From positions 18,990,819-19,054,818 of the forward strand of contig MU054323.1 of the NCBI GenBank assembly GCA_013239625.1: 64,000 nt of DNA, given 5' to 3'. This DNA is from Lama guanicoe (taxonomy: Eukaryota). The notes beneath the pieces are model-generated. The model did no database searches. It was not told the DNA's origin and saw only the letters and a list, made by a program, of their open reading frames with translations. Positions 25,401 to 38,180 of the stretch are shown piece after piece; the first letter of the stretch is position 1; the number at the start of each line of letters is the position of its first letter. Position numbers and translations under genes: made by a program.

Positions 25401-26482
25401 GGCTTTTATTAGCACAATTCTATGTATGAGAAAACTGCATCATAGGTAATATTACCCTTAGGGAAGTTCACTCAAGATTTGAAAATGTGTTGAGTGCCTC
25501 CAGTGACCAAGCTTTTATCCATGATTCTGCTAATCCGGAAACCAAACTAGTCATTATTAATCCCACCATATCAGGGCATTGTTAAACCCACAGGGCTGGT
25601 ATCTTTAAACTGAATTCCTTCACTTAAATTCTCTCTCTCTCTGTTCATTTTTTTTTCATTTTGGTACTGTGATTTGAAATTCAAGTCTCCCAATTCAGCA
25701 TTAAAAGTTAAGAAAAGAAACATTAGTCTAGGGATAAGTTATAAACAGTCAACTCTGAATTCCTGATGATCCTTGCAGATCCACATTTTCAAGAAACACA
25801 TTTGGAAAGTCACAGTAATGAAATAAACTATCTTTCCATCTCTCCACAAGCTTAAAACAACACAAAAATTAAGTATTATTAATTTCCAACAAATCTTTCT
25901 TTGGCTCTGTGAATAAGACAAAGCAGATGAGGAATCAGAAAGTTGTTTGCATGTTACCATGTATCTCTGAATTAAGATGTTTTTAAAGACAATTTTAAGG
26001 ATTCTTTTAATCTCCTAGCTTTATTAAACATTCTCAATTGAGTTTCTTAATTTGGATGTATTTGTTTATAGTGATAAGATATAGCAAGCAACATCAAAGA
26101 AAATGGTCATGTAGACTCCTATTTGGTTGCCATAAATAATTGATAAGAAAAAATGCTTTAATTTCATAAAGTGCATATTTTATATCATTCCTCCTTAATT
26201 TAAAACAAATCATCTAGGTATAATGCAATATCAGAGTAATTTGACTGCATTGCCTTTCTAATATTTATAGTTCTGTTTCATTGGACTTTTTAGTGAGGCT
26301 AATTTTCTTTAACTTTTCAAGATACTATTTATGATGAGCAATAAAATTTGCTTTAGAGAGTTTAGTTTCCCAGACAGAATTGTAAACAGAGCACTGAGAA
26401 AACTCTCAAATAAAAGAATGACATGCATTCACAATAACTTGCACATAAAGTCAAATACAGTTTACTCAGTCTAAAAAGTGCT

Positions 26483-26506
26483 TGTGTGTGTGTGTGTGTG
26501 TGTGTG
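26483..26506. repeat. (TG)12 microsatellite
   Basis: Direct reading. Confidence 0.95.
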
Positions 26507-27179
26507 TAGTTATTCAATAAGAAACTTTAAGTAGGAGGAGATTCAATCTTATGATGCTTTTGATTGTTGTTTCTTTGTGTTTGTTATCTTTTTGAAATAA
26601 TGAATGCAGTAAACTTAGTGTAGACCAAATTAAAGTATTGAAGGGAGAACCTTCCAAAATAAACTGTCATTCTTTTTGTGAAAAACATTTGCAATATGAC
26701 AAAACTCTTTAGCATCTTTGGATTCCTTTCTGGGAGTTATGATTCTTATAAACTCAAATTGGTTTGGATTTTTAACTCAACAAGTACCAACATTATTCCA
26801 TTGGTTCAGTTGTATCACAAGATACTTTTCTGGTGTCTGGCTTTGTGGTGCTTACTTTAAAATCTGGGAGTAATTCCAGTGCTATTAAATGAGCTCTCAG
26901 GAAGATGAAAGAGGGAGAAGGGACATGGCAGGCTCTATAAATACACAATAAAAAGTGGTTCTGACTTCAAATCTTATATATCAAAGTGAGAGATAACTTA
27001 CTGCTTAAGGTGTTTCTATTTCTCAAAATATTTTTAGAAATACTGCTTTTGGTGTTGCTAAAAATTAATTCACAAAGAATGAAAGAATATTAACCTCAAT
27101 ACTCTATAATCACATACCATTTTTGACCAAATATAGTATCGTGCTTGTTGACCACCTATTCTTTTTTATCAGACCATGT

Positions 27180-27335
27180 TCTTATTGTCATTTGTTTATA
27201 TTTAAAAAAGCAGGTCCTTCCCCAAATTAGAAAGATGTTCCACTATGTGAACTCTGGAAAGTAAAGATAAAAAACTCTGGAAAGTAGAGATTTGTCTTTT
27301 TAGTCTTGATATCAACAGTAGTGCCTAGAGGATTG
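27180..27335 (+). mobile_element. L2 3'-end fragment
   Basis: 'tatgtgaactctggaaag...agagatttgtcttttt...agtgcctag' resembles the L2 tail; another L2-like tail 'tatttgttcaatgaatgaat' lies near 27705-27723. Confidence 0.45.
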
Positions 27336-27904
27336 CTTATAACCTAACAAGCAAGCTATGATCCAGAAATGTTAGTTTAACTGAATGTGAAGAACTCCAG
27401 ATTCCAAGTAAAATTTTCAAAAAAATAGGCTCAAATTGGTATGAGTGGTTACACCCATATTTTGACCTGGAATTGTGTATTTCTAGCCTGGATAGCTCAG
27501 GTTGGGTCACACAGCTCTCCTCTGTGATGCCAGAGTACTCTGGACAGCATTCTTTCCCAGCCTGCTCCGCACCGCAACGTGCTGCCTCCGGACTTGCCTG
27601 TCTCACAGGTGCACACCACAACCTCCTTGACTGCACAGCCTGTGTCTCACATACCTTGTGTCCCCTGCACCTTTTACAGTATTGCAATTGAACAGAAACT
27701 CAGTATTTGTTCAATGAATGAATTGTATGTTTTTAAGACAAATAGGAAAATTAGTAAGCGTCTGTGAAAGGTGTTGCCTCGTTCAGTTGAGCCATTGGAC
27801 TTGCTACACCGAAAGTCCTGTGTAATGGGAGTTTTGACCTGCTGCTGAAGCAATACTGTTCCGTTGGTTTTTCCATTGTATTTTTGTAATGGATATGTTT
27901 CCCA

Positions 27905-30870
27905 ACAGTTTACTATAAATTTTAAATGCACAGAAAAATTGAAAAAAGGTTCAAGTAAATATCCATGCGTTTACTACCCATCTTCTATGATTATCATTTA
28001 CTATGCCTCCTTTAGAACATATATTAAATTTATTCATCCCTCTCAGTCCATCTGCAGTCTACTGTATCTGATACTAACCTAGCAACTCCTGCCTCCTCTT
28101 GACTAACTTTTATACAATATTTTCTCATATTTTTGCTCTTTATTTGTTTTTTCTTAATTCCTGATGCTTCAGGATTCTTTTTACCATGTTCTTTAGGGTT
28201 AGACATCTTCCTTTAGCCATTCTTTTAGGAGAGATCTGATCATGAGAAAGTTTTATCTTTTTTTTTCTTTTTTGACCCCTCAGCTGAGAGTATCTTGATT
28301 TTCTTTTTATCTCTGAAGGGTATGTTCTCTGGATCTGGAATTTTGGTTTGACAGTTCTCTTCCTTCAACACTTGAAAAAACTGATGCTACACTCTTCTGG
28401 ACTCCACAGCTTGTTATAAAAACTCTGCTGTCATTTGAATTGTTCTTCCCCTACAGGTAAGATGTCGTTTCTCACTCATTACTTTTTTATCACTAGTTTT
28501 CATAAGTTTGACTGTGATGGATCTTGACCTGTTTTTGTTTGTTGTTATCCTGTTCAGAGCTTGCTCAGCTTTTTAAAATCTGTGGGTCTTTTGCCAGCTT
28601 TGAGAAATTTTCAGCCATTATTTTTTTGAATAGTTTTTCTTCCCAACCCTCGTCTCCTCTCTTGGAATTCTGATGACACAAATGATAAATCTTTTGTTAT
28701 GAGGTGTGTTATTTTTTTCTCAGTTATTTTTTTCCTCTCTCTTGTTCAGATTAATATCTATTGTCCTATATTCAACTTCCCTGATTTATTTTTTTGTCCC
28801 ACCATTCTGATGTTGAGCACAGAGTTCTTTGTTGTTGTAGTTGCTGTTGTATTTTTATTTCTAAAATGTCCACTTGGTTCTTCTCTGTGTATTTTATTTC
28901 TTTTCTGAGAATTCCTGTTTCTTTGTTAAGATTCTTTTTTCCCCCCATTTGTTTCAAATGTGTTTATAATTGCTCATTGAATCAATTTTATAATGGTTGT
29001 TTTAAAATCATTTTTCAAAAATTTTAATATCTGTATAACTTCTTTGCCTTTTATCATTCAAATTTAGATTTTTCTGGTTCTTGGCATGAAGAGTGATTAT
29101 CAAATGAAACCTGGTCATTTGGGGTATTATTTTATGAGACTCTAGATCATAGTTAAATATTTTGTTTTGGTATCCTTTCTCTGACACCATTTCAATAAGG
29201 GGAAGGGCATGACTGCTCCTTTCTGTGAGATAGAAAAAGTGATGAAAATACATTTTCTCTACATGGACTCTGTGGACACCTGGGACCCATCCCCATGGCT
29301 TAGACTGACACTGTGAGAAGATGGCTTCATTATAACTCACTGGTTGTGAAAGTTCTGAATCTCTACTAGACCTTCTTTTGCACCACTCTAGAAAGGAGGG
29401 GGTAGGATGCCTCATTATTATCATGTAAGGTGGAAGTCCAGGCTCCCTGTGTGGTCTCCACGGACACCACAGAAGAGAGGCCTTGTTTACCACCTGGTGG
29501 AGCACAGATGCCACAGTCCCCACTCAGCCTTCTCAGACACCACCCCCGTAGAATGTTGCAGCATCTCTATACAGCCTGGCATGTGATCGGGCCACTAAAG
29601 ATGGCTGTTGTCTTGCCCTCTGAACATCTCCTGCCTGACCAATCCCTACTTCATCTGTGCCCTGCTCGCATGACTGCTTAATCAGTAACTGCCCCTTGCC
29701 CCCGTGGTGACTGTTCTAAGACAAGAATGGCTCCACCACGCTAGGTTATCAAAGGGAAACATCTACCCCTGTGCTGATCATTAACCCAAGGGTTGTGAAG
29801 GACGTGCTGTTTTGCTGGTTTCTCTGGTAACTGATGGGCCAACTTGATGTGAATTTCACCCCCATTCCCATTCCCCATCTCCACAAGCAGGGAAGACTTT
29901 GCTTCTGACTTGTAAGATTCACTATCCAATAAATCATGGTGTCTCTGTCACTGTCCTCAGGCTCTTCCTTCTGTCTCATGGCTGGGCAGCCACAAGGCTT
30001 ACAGGGCTGCAGGGTGTGGCCTCACACCTAATGAGGGGAGGAGTCTAAGCTCCCTACTCAGCCTTTGCCGCTGGGGTTGGCGATGGGGCCACCGTTCTTC
30101 TGTGGTATTTAGCTGAAGTGCAACAGTTATTACCTGTGTTACCAGACCGCCCCTTTTCTGGTCTTTTAGTTAGCAAGAGCAGGATTTTGTTGGGGCTTTG
30201 TTTTGTATGCGTCCCTTGGTATTTCCAGGTTGTTGGCTCCTCCGACACTCAGTCCAAGATCTGTGAGGCAAAAAGAATATACAGGGAACCTACCACATGT
30301 GATTCCTTAGGTCCTGAGATCTCTAGCCAGTCTGCCTCTTCTCTCCAGCTTTCAGAGTCTTCTTATGTTTGTTTAATATGTAATGCCCAAGATTTTAATT
30401 TGTGCTTATCAGGAAAAATGGAGAAGAGTGTCAGCAACACTTGTGTAACGTACATGGAGCCGTGGGTGAGGTTTCCCATGCTAGCTGATAAGGACAGAAA
30501 CTATCCTGCGCCCTCTGTGGGGGCTGCTGCTATCAGAGAGTTCTTTTCTCAGTCTCAAAAGCATCTACAAATCAGCACACAGCCTGAGGCCTTCTGCAGA
30601 TCTCCCGACTCTTTCTTGGCACACAGCAGTCTCACCTTCATGCAGCTCCCTCCTCTGTAGCGCTTTTCCCTGGTGCTGCTCTGACCTCCCCCCTCACTTT
30701 CAACCCTGTTATTTCCCTGTGCTGTGGCCAAGAAAGTCTCACAAAACAGTAAATGGAGAAATTAAAGCACTCACCTTTGTTTTCCTTCTCTTAGGGATTG
30801 CTCTCCTGTGCTAACTTTTGTCCAATGTCTGAAAATCAGTTTCATATATTTCCCCCAGTATTCTTAAAGA
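27905..30870 (-). mobile_element. Old L1 (L1MC/MD-type) fragments: 3' piece, ORF1 and 5' region, interrupted by a solo LTR
   Basis: 'tggaattttggtttgacagttc...ttcaacacttgaaaa', 'gagaaattttcagccattatt', repeated 'ggtggaagtccaggctccc' / 'ggagtctaagctccc' units; probably composite. Confidence 0.7.
29582..30026 (+). mobile_element. Solo ERV LTR (445 bp) inserted in L1
   Basis: Terminal inverted ends tgtga...tcaca; AATAAA at 29928-29933; host L1 sequence resumes after 30026; TSD not clear. Confidence 0.7.
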
Positions 30871-32254
30871 TAGATGCACATAGATCCCAGTTACACATAG
30901 ATCCCAGTGTAATTTATGTTTTTTTTTTTCTTTCTTTAATTTTCCCATTTGGTCTTGAGTATTGCCTAAAATGTGATACATTTACTAGTCTTCGCATTTA
31001 AACTTCCTGAAAATGCACACTTCCAGTGGAAAACATGAATCCTAAAATGGTGACTTGTCTTATATTTATGAGGGTAAATATATATCTCTTTATATTACTT
31101 GATACATATTAAGTAAACAAATACCCCCAAAAGAACAATAGAATATTAATATAGAAAGCAGAAAAGATCATTGAGGTGATCTAAACTCATCTAGAGATAA
31201 ATTGATATTTACACTCTGAAGCCCTCAATCACATTCTAAAAGCAATTTTAGAACCTAGGTCCTGTGATAATACTAGGATAACAGACTTTATTTTACCTTA
31301 TTCCTAAATTGTTTATTTAGTGGGGAAATAAAATTTTATGTTGTATAGCTGTATCATATGATATCTCAAACTGCTGGTACTTACCAAAAGCAATAAAAGT
31401 TTCTCCAAAATAAATACTCTCCTTAATCAAGAAAAAAAAAATGAGGGCTTGCCTCTCTTTTATGTTATATTGTTACTAGCTACCTAGTCCCACAACTGTT
31501 ATTCCCAACCTTAGTTTACAGAATACAAGATGTGGTTACATGTACTCATTTAAGCTTATGAAGGACTGAACAGTCATCAATGCATACTTGTATTTAAATA
31601 GCATCATAGATGCCATCTGCTCCAGTGAAGTTACCCCATTGTTGCATTCACGTGAATTTCATGTCATGGGTATTTAATACGTACACATGGAAATAACGGC
31701 TAATTGTGATATTGCTTTGAAAATTGGCATAAGAAAATGTCTTGTTTTGATGAATTGCAATCTGTTTCAAATTTATTGCGGATATGCACATTTTCAAGGA
31801 GTCTATAGGGAATGCTGCTAAGGGAAAGACGTGTCTTCTCTGTGTGTATATGGAATATGTAAACAATTTAGAATGGCAATTCGATACCGCTAATTGTTAA
31901 ACATGCTGCCTGAAGGCAGGTCTGAAAAATACTGCAATAGCAAGGTCTTTTAACTCATTGAATCCTTGACAGTTGTGTAATTAAAATATAAAGAATGGAT
32001 AATGAAATGAAAGCAGGGAGAGGATATTTCCATGCTAACATGGAACAGAGTTGAAAAGTTATACTTTGTTTTATTAATACATAGTTCTATCTATAATTAT
32101 TGGCACTAGATGGTTTTTAATTATTCAGATAATGCTAATTGTGCCTGCTTAACTGTTTATCCATTTTTGCAAGGATTTACTGTTGGTCTATCCCAGCAAC
32201 TTTCAAACCAGAACATTCTTTTGATCAGAATATATGAAGGGTAAGGGCTGCTAG

Positions 32255-32574
32255 TATTAAAAATAATAAACAGGAACCTTAATTAAACTGAGTCAGCAGA
32301 TGAGAAGGGGGAGCTCTCATAAACTCAAGGATAGCGGAGCCCAAAAGGAAAAAGAAAAACTGCTCTTCTTTCCTAGAAAGGATTCAGCCAATGAAAAGCC
32401 ATAAACTCTTTGTTTACCGTAGCCCTTCCAACTTCCTTTTCCTTTCTATAAAAGTGTTCTCCCTCTTTTGCCGTGCAGGAACTTGCACGTGGCTCTGAGT
32501 GGTTGCAAACTGCAACTGAATAAGTTCGTCTTTGCTGGAGAAATATCTGGCAGTCTGTTTATTTTATGTCAACA
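32255..32574 (+). mobile_element. ERV1-type solo LTR (320 bp)
   Basis: Ends tatt (decayed TGTT)...aaca; 4-bp TSD ctag/ccag; CCAAT at 32388, TATAAAA at 32447; U5-like 'tttgctggagaaatatctggcagtct'. Confidence 0.75.
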
Positions 32575-32904
32575 CCAGTACCACATGCCCCTCCTCAAGT
32601 GCTGAGTTAAACAAAGTTCAACAGTATCTCTCTTCTAGCCTTCAATTAAAAGCCTTTATTATGCTAAGATTTGTAATCTCTGAGTGGAATGTAACACATA
32701 GCTTTTTTCAATCTTGGTAAAGAAGAAAATAATTTTCCTTTTCTGTGAATATCTTAGACAAAAACAAAAAAGTACTTCCTAGAACATCAGTTGAGAAATG
32801 CTGTGCTCAGCCATCCTGGAAAGATAGCAGACATAACCCATAATATTATTTGCTGGTCCTCATTCCAACACAAGCAGTGTTTGCTATGGTTATACCATAA
32901 AGTT

Positions 32905-33295
32905 TGTATTCATGGCTTTTTTACTGACCACAACTTCCTCCCACCCAGGTGTGCATGTGCCTTTCTATTCACACTACTACTTGACTGTCTGAACAGGGAG
33001 TCTGTCTTTCCACCTTCCTAAACCTGAGCTGTCCACATCACTCACTTTGGCCAATAGAGTGATATGACATAAGTAATGGTGTCTGAGTTCTGGAGCATAA
33101 TTTTAAAATGGCCTTACCTCTTCCTCCCACATATTCTTGAAACATGGCCCAGAAATTAATATAAAATGAAAACCAATATAGCTAAATACAGGATGAGAGG
33201 TATAGTGGTGAAATAACATGCCCAAAATATGTTAAGTGAGGCCATCTTGAACATTCAAAGTCAGTTGATCCTCCAGCTGAAGGCCATTGCAAGAG
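32905..33295 (+). mobile_element. MaLR (MLT1H-like) LTR fragment
   Basis: 'cacaacttcctcccaccc', 'gagtctgtctttccacc...cactttggccaataga', 'gtgaggccatcttgaacattc'. Confidence 0.65.
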
Positions 33296-33299
33296 CCCA

Positions 33300-36225
33300 A
33301 CAGAAAGAAAGGGAATAATAAGGTTGAAGAAAAAATAATAGAAAAATATCAATCAAACCAAGAGCTAGTTCTTTGAGAAGATGAACAAAATTGATAAGCC
33401 TTTACCTAGGCTCATTAAGGAAAAAGAGAGAGAGCACAAACAAAACAAGAAATGAAAGAGGAAGAATCACACTGATATCACAGAGATACAATGTGTAAGA
33501 GAATTCTACAAACAGTTGAAAGCTAACAAATTGTACAACCTGAAAGAAAAGGGTAAATTTCTATAAGCATACAATTTTCCAAAACTGAATCAGGGAGAAA
33601 TGAATAACCTGAACAGACCCATCACCTGTCATGGAATTGAATTTGTAATTTTAAAAAAATCCCCTGCAAACAAAAGTCCAGGACCAGATGGCTTCACAGA
33701 AGAATTTTAGCAAAGATATAAGAACAGTTAATACCTATCCTTCTCAAACTATTCCAAAAAATTGAAAGAGGATGGATCACTCCTAAATTCATTCTACAAG
33801 GCCATCATTACCCTAATAGCAAAACTAGACAGTGACACTACAAAAAAATAAAATTACAGTCCAATAGCTCTGATGAATACAGATATAAAAATTCTTAACA
33901 AAATACTAGCAAATTGAATTCAACAATATATAAAAAGGATCATACACCATGATAAAGTGGGATTTATTCCACAGATGCAAAGATGGCTCAATAGCTACAA
34001 GTCAATCAGTGTGATAAATCACATTAACAAAAGCAAGGATAAAAATCTTATGATCATCTCAATAAACACAGAAAAAGCATTTATCAAAATTCAGCATCCA
34101 TTCATGATAAAAACTGCCACTAAAATGGGTATAGATCTCAGCATTGATCATTTTCTTGTCAATTAATCCACAACTCAGTGATGAAAAGATAGAAAGCTTT
34201 TCCTCTAAAGTCAGGAACCAGATGAAGGGGCCTACTCTCACAATTTCTATTTAATATAGTATTGGAATTTCTCATAACAGCAGTCAGAAAAGAAGAAGAA
34301 ATGGCATCCAAATTGGAAGGGAAGAGGTAAAATTGTCACTATTTGCCAATGACATGATACTATATATAGAAAACTCTAAAGTCTCTACCAAAAAACTATT
34401 AGAACAAATAAATGCATTCACTAAAGTTATATAATACAAGATTAATATATAGAAATCGTTTGCTTTTCTATAGACTAATAATTAATTATCAGAAAGAGCA
34501 AGCAAGAAAAAAATCCCATTTGGCATTAAATCCAAAAGATAAAATACCTAGGAACAAACGTAACCAAGGAGATGGAAGACCTATACTCTGAAAACTATGA
34601 GACACTGATGAAGGAAACTGAAGATGATACAAATAAATGGGAAGATATTCTTTGTACACAGATTAGAAGACTTACTATTATTAAAATCCATACTACCCAA
34701 AGTAATCCATAGATTTGATGCAACCTCTATAAAAATATACATGACATTTTTATAGAAATAGAATAAATAATCCTAAAATGTATATGGAACTATTAAAGAC
34801 TTCAAATAGCCAAAGCAATCTTGAAAGAAAAACAAAGCTGAAGGTGTCAAGCTCCCTGACTTCAGACTGTATTACGAAGTTAAGGTAATCAAAACATTAT
34901 GGCACTGGCACAAAACAGACACATGGATAAATGGGAAAAAATAGAAAGTCTAGACATGGTCACATACATTCAAATAATCTTCCACAGTGGAGGCAAAAAT
35001 ATACAACGGGAAAAAGACAGTCTTTTCAATAAATGCTGTTGGGAAAACTGGACACCTTCATGTAGAAGAATGAAATTAGAACATTTGCCAACAACATATA
35101 CAAAAATAAACTCAATTGGATTAAAGACTTAGATATAAATCTGAAAACCATGAAACTCCTAGAAGAAAACATAAACAGTGCACTCTTTGACATAAATCTT
35201 AGCAATAATTTTTGTGTGTCTCCCCCAGGCAAGGAAAATAAAGCCAAAAATAAAGAAATAAGACCTGATTAAGTTTAAAACTTCTGCACAGTGAAGGAAA
35301 AGACAACCTATTGACTGGAGGAAAATATTTGCAAATTATGTCTGATAAGGAGTTATCCTACAACTCAATAAAAAATAACCCAATTAAAAATGGGCAGAAG
35401 ACCTGAATAGACACTTTTTTCTGAAGAAGACATACAGATGACCAAAAGACGCATGAAAAGATGTTCAAATCGCTAATTATCAGGAAAATGCAAGTCAAAA
35501 CCATAATGAACATCTCCTCACACCTGTCAGAATGGCTATCATCAAAAAAGACAACAAATAATAAATGTTGACAAGGTTGTAGAGACAGTGGAACCTCAGG
35601 GAATTGTAAATTAGTGCAGCCACTAGGGAAAACAGTATGAAAACTCCTCAAAAAAACTCAAAACAAAACTACCATATGACCCAGCAATTCCACTGTAGGA
35701 TATATATCCAAAGAAAGCAAAGACACTAATTTGAAAAAATACATGCAAATCAGTATTCACAGCAGCATTGTTTAATAGCCAACATATGAAAGCAACCTAA
35801 ATATCCATCAGCAGATGAATGGATAAATAAGCTGTGGTGTACACACACACACACATACAATGGAACATTGTTTAGCCATAGGAAAGAGTTTTTTAAAATT
35901 TTTTTAGTTTCAACTTTTTTTTGTTAGTTTACATGCATACTTTTTATATAGTTTTTTATAGATTTATTTATTTTATTTTCATTTTATTTTGCTTTTTGAA
36001 GGGAGGAGGTCATTAGGTTTATTTATTTATTTACTGATTTATTTAATGGAGGTACTGAGGATTGAACTCAGGACCTCGTGCATGCTAAGCACACGCTCTA
36101 CTACTGAGCTATACCCACCCTCCCCCATAGAAAAGAATTAAATGCTGCCATTTGCAAGAACGTGAATGGACCTGGAGGGTTAGAGTTACTCAGACAGAAA
36201 GGCAACTACTGTATGTTTTCATTTT
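33300..36225 (+). mobile_element. L1 ORF2 (RT region to C-terminus), decayed and truncated, with an inserted SINE
   Basis: 'aaaagtccaggaccagatggcttcac' (KSPGPDGF), GFIPQMQRW (ORF 33957), 'tcactatttgccaatgacatgata' (FADD region), SLFNKCCWENW (ORF 34899); many stops and frameshifts. Confidence 0.95.
35891..36124 (-). mobile_element. tRNA-Ala-derived SINE (camelid Vic-1-like)
   Basis: Reverse strand reads GGGTATAGCTCAGTAGTAGAGCGTGTGCTTAGCATGCACGAGGTCCTGAGTTCAATCC (A and B boxes); TSD ccataggaaagagtt (35876-35890) / ccatagaaaagaatt (36125-36139). Confidence 0.9.
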
Positions 36226-36453
36226 TAAAATCTCATATGGTGTTAGGAGAGACAAAGGGTGAAATTGGACATCTCACTTGAGAAATTACAAGCACGTTGA
36301 TGAAGGAGTTGCTGTTTTCTTTCCAAATAGTAGTAGAAAAATATGGTTTGGATGCTGATAATAGGAAAAAGGAGGAAAACTAAAAGCAGCACAGACTGAT
36401 GCTACTTCTTCTTTGTCCCCATTACCACATTTGGTTAACCACGATATAGCCAG

Positions 36454-36571
36454 ATATTGTTACCAGTAGCCTTAGCTCTAATTCACTGATAGATCATCTT
36501 CATTGAATAGACCCATATATTGTTACCAGCATCCTCAGCTCTAATTTACTGATAATCTTCTTAGAATAGAC
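36454..36571. repeat. Diverged two-copy tandem duplication, period about 63 bp
   Basis: 'atattgttaccag...agctctaatt.actgata...atcttc...gaatagac' at 36454 and 36517. Confidence 0.9.
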
Positions 36572-37664
36572 TGAAGGAAGTATTTGGAGCTTTGTCTCTG
36601 TTATGAAAAAAAATCTGTCCTGAAGTGCCTTATAATGAGGCTAAAGTTTTCTTATTTTGGAGTTTTTTGGGGAGAGGTTTTGTTTTGTGCTCAGATACTA
36701 AGAATTGTTCTGACATAAAGAAAATGAATAAAGTATGGCTGTCATATCAAAAACAAGGAAACAGAAAAAAAAAACCTCAAGACATATATATTGTCTTTCC
36801 AAGAACAGCAACAACAAAAACGAAGGGACACCAAAATGATGCTCTTCTTAGGATACAGTCCTAAGAACAACCTGGAGCAGTCCGCCTTAAGAGAGTCTAC
36901 AAAGCTCTTAGATGCTGTGGGGTTGTCATGCAGGCGAGCACTTTGTTTTTTAATCTGTGTTTCTGTTCTAGGGTATGGTGTTATTGGGCATGCAGTAGCT
37001 CCAGAATTGACATTTATTGCTAAGTGAAAATACGCGTTGTATTTGTTATACCATTTTCTACTGTGGGAAAGGCAGACTGGCTCACCTCTTATGGGGGCAT
37101 TATTTGTGAAAAGCCCTTGAATCTCATTAGAACTTACCCTAGGAATTGTTACTAAATGAGCTGTAGGAATTAATGGCCCTTCAAATGGTCAAAAATTTCA
37201 TTCCTTTACTAAGAGTGAGTAATATAAAGCAATGACAAATGCCTGTGGGGTGAAGACCATATTGTACAGACTACTCAATTTTGTTGGCATGCTGAAATAT
37301 TATGAATTACTGTAGTAATAGAAGCCAGCGTGGCATATGGTGCATCACATAGTTTTAAAATGTTATACATTTTAATTTTGAGCAAAAGTTCATTGCAGTG
37401 CCTATTTCTTTATTCTTTTTTTTCCCCTTGTAAACAGACCCCCTCTCAGTAGCTAAAGAATGCCAGCTTAAGGATGTCAGTGCTGTGCTACATTAGTCGG
37501 CATCGTTTATAAAATATCTCAATTTAGCTAACAGAGCTGGAGTGTACGTTAGTGAGCTATGAAATAATAGGCTGTGAGTAGATTGTTATATAGATACACA
37601 TACTACACAAACAGAGACACACACAAATAACATACACGTGGGTGATAGAACAGTGGCCCTACAG

Positions 37665-38180
37665 CTGTTATCTTGGGATGTGTTTAAAAAATGACAAAGC
37701 TTAACAACTTAAAACAAGAAAAGTTAGTATTTCTCATGATTCTGTGGGTCAGCTGGATGGTTTATTTTGTTTGCCCAGGCTTCTCTGACATTTATGGTGA
37801 GCAAGGAGTCTCAGCTGGGGTTGGATGGGGTAGGATGGTCTTGCACATCTGTGGTTGGCAGAGTGGTTGATCCAGGGAGTCTCAGTTGTGATGGCCCGTT
37901 TCTGCTCCAGGTGATCTCTTTTCCTCCAAAGTTGTCCTGACCTTCCTTTCTCACATGGTGGTCTCTGGATCCAATAGAGCAGCAAGAAAGGATAAGTTCC
38001 AATTCTAAAGAACGTTTGGAGGTTCTGCTTGCATCACTTTTGTCAGTGTGCTGTTATCAGAGTAAATCACATGGCCAAGGTTTGACTCAAGGAGGAGAGA
38101 AAGAGACTCCACCTTTTGAAGGTGAGAGAGTCGACAAATATTATTGTCTACAAATATTAACAATTATTGCAGTCTGCCAC
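37665..38180 (-). mobile_element. MaLR (MLT1H/J-like) solo LTR
   Basis: 'acttaaaacaa...tatttctcatgattctgtgggtcagctgg', 'tcacatggccaag', 'agactccaccttttga', ends 'tctgccaca'. Confidence 0.8.

Noticed and set aside
29008..30660. Long ORFs of 171 aa (-) and 180 aa (+)
   Set aside because: They lie within L1 5'-region and LTR sequence, show no recognisable domain, and have no exon structure
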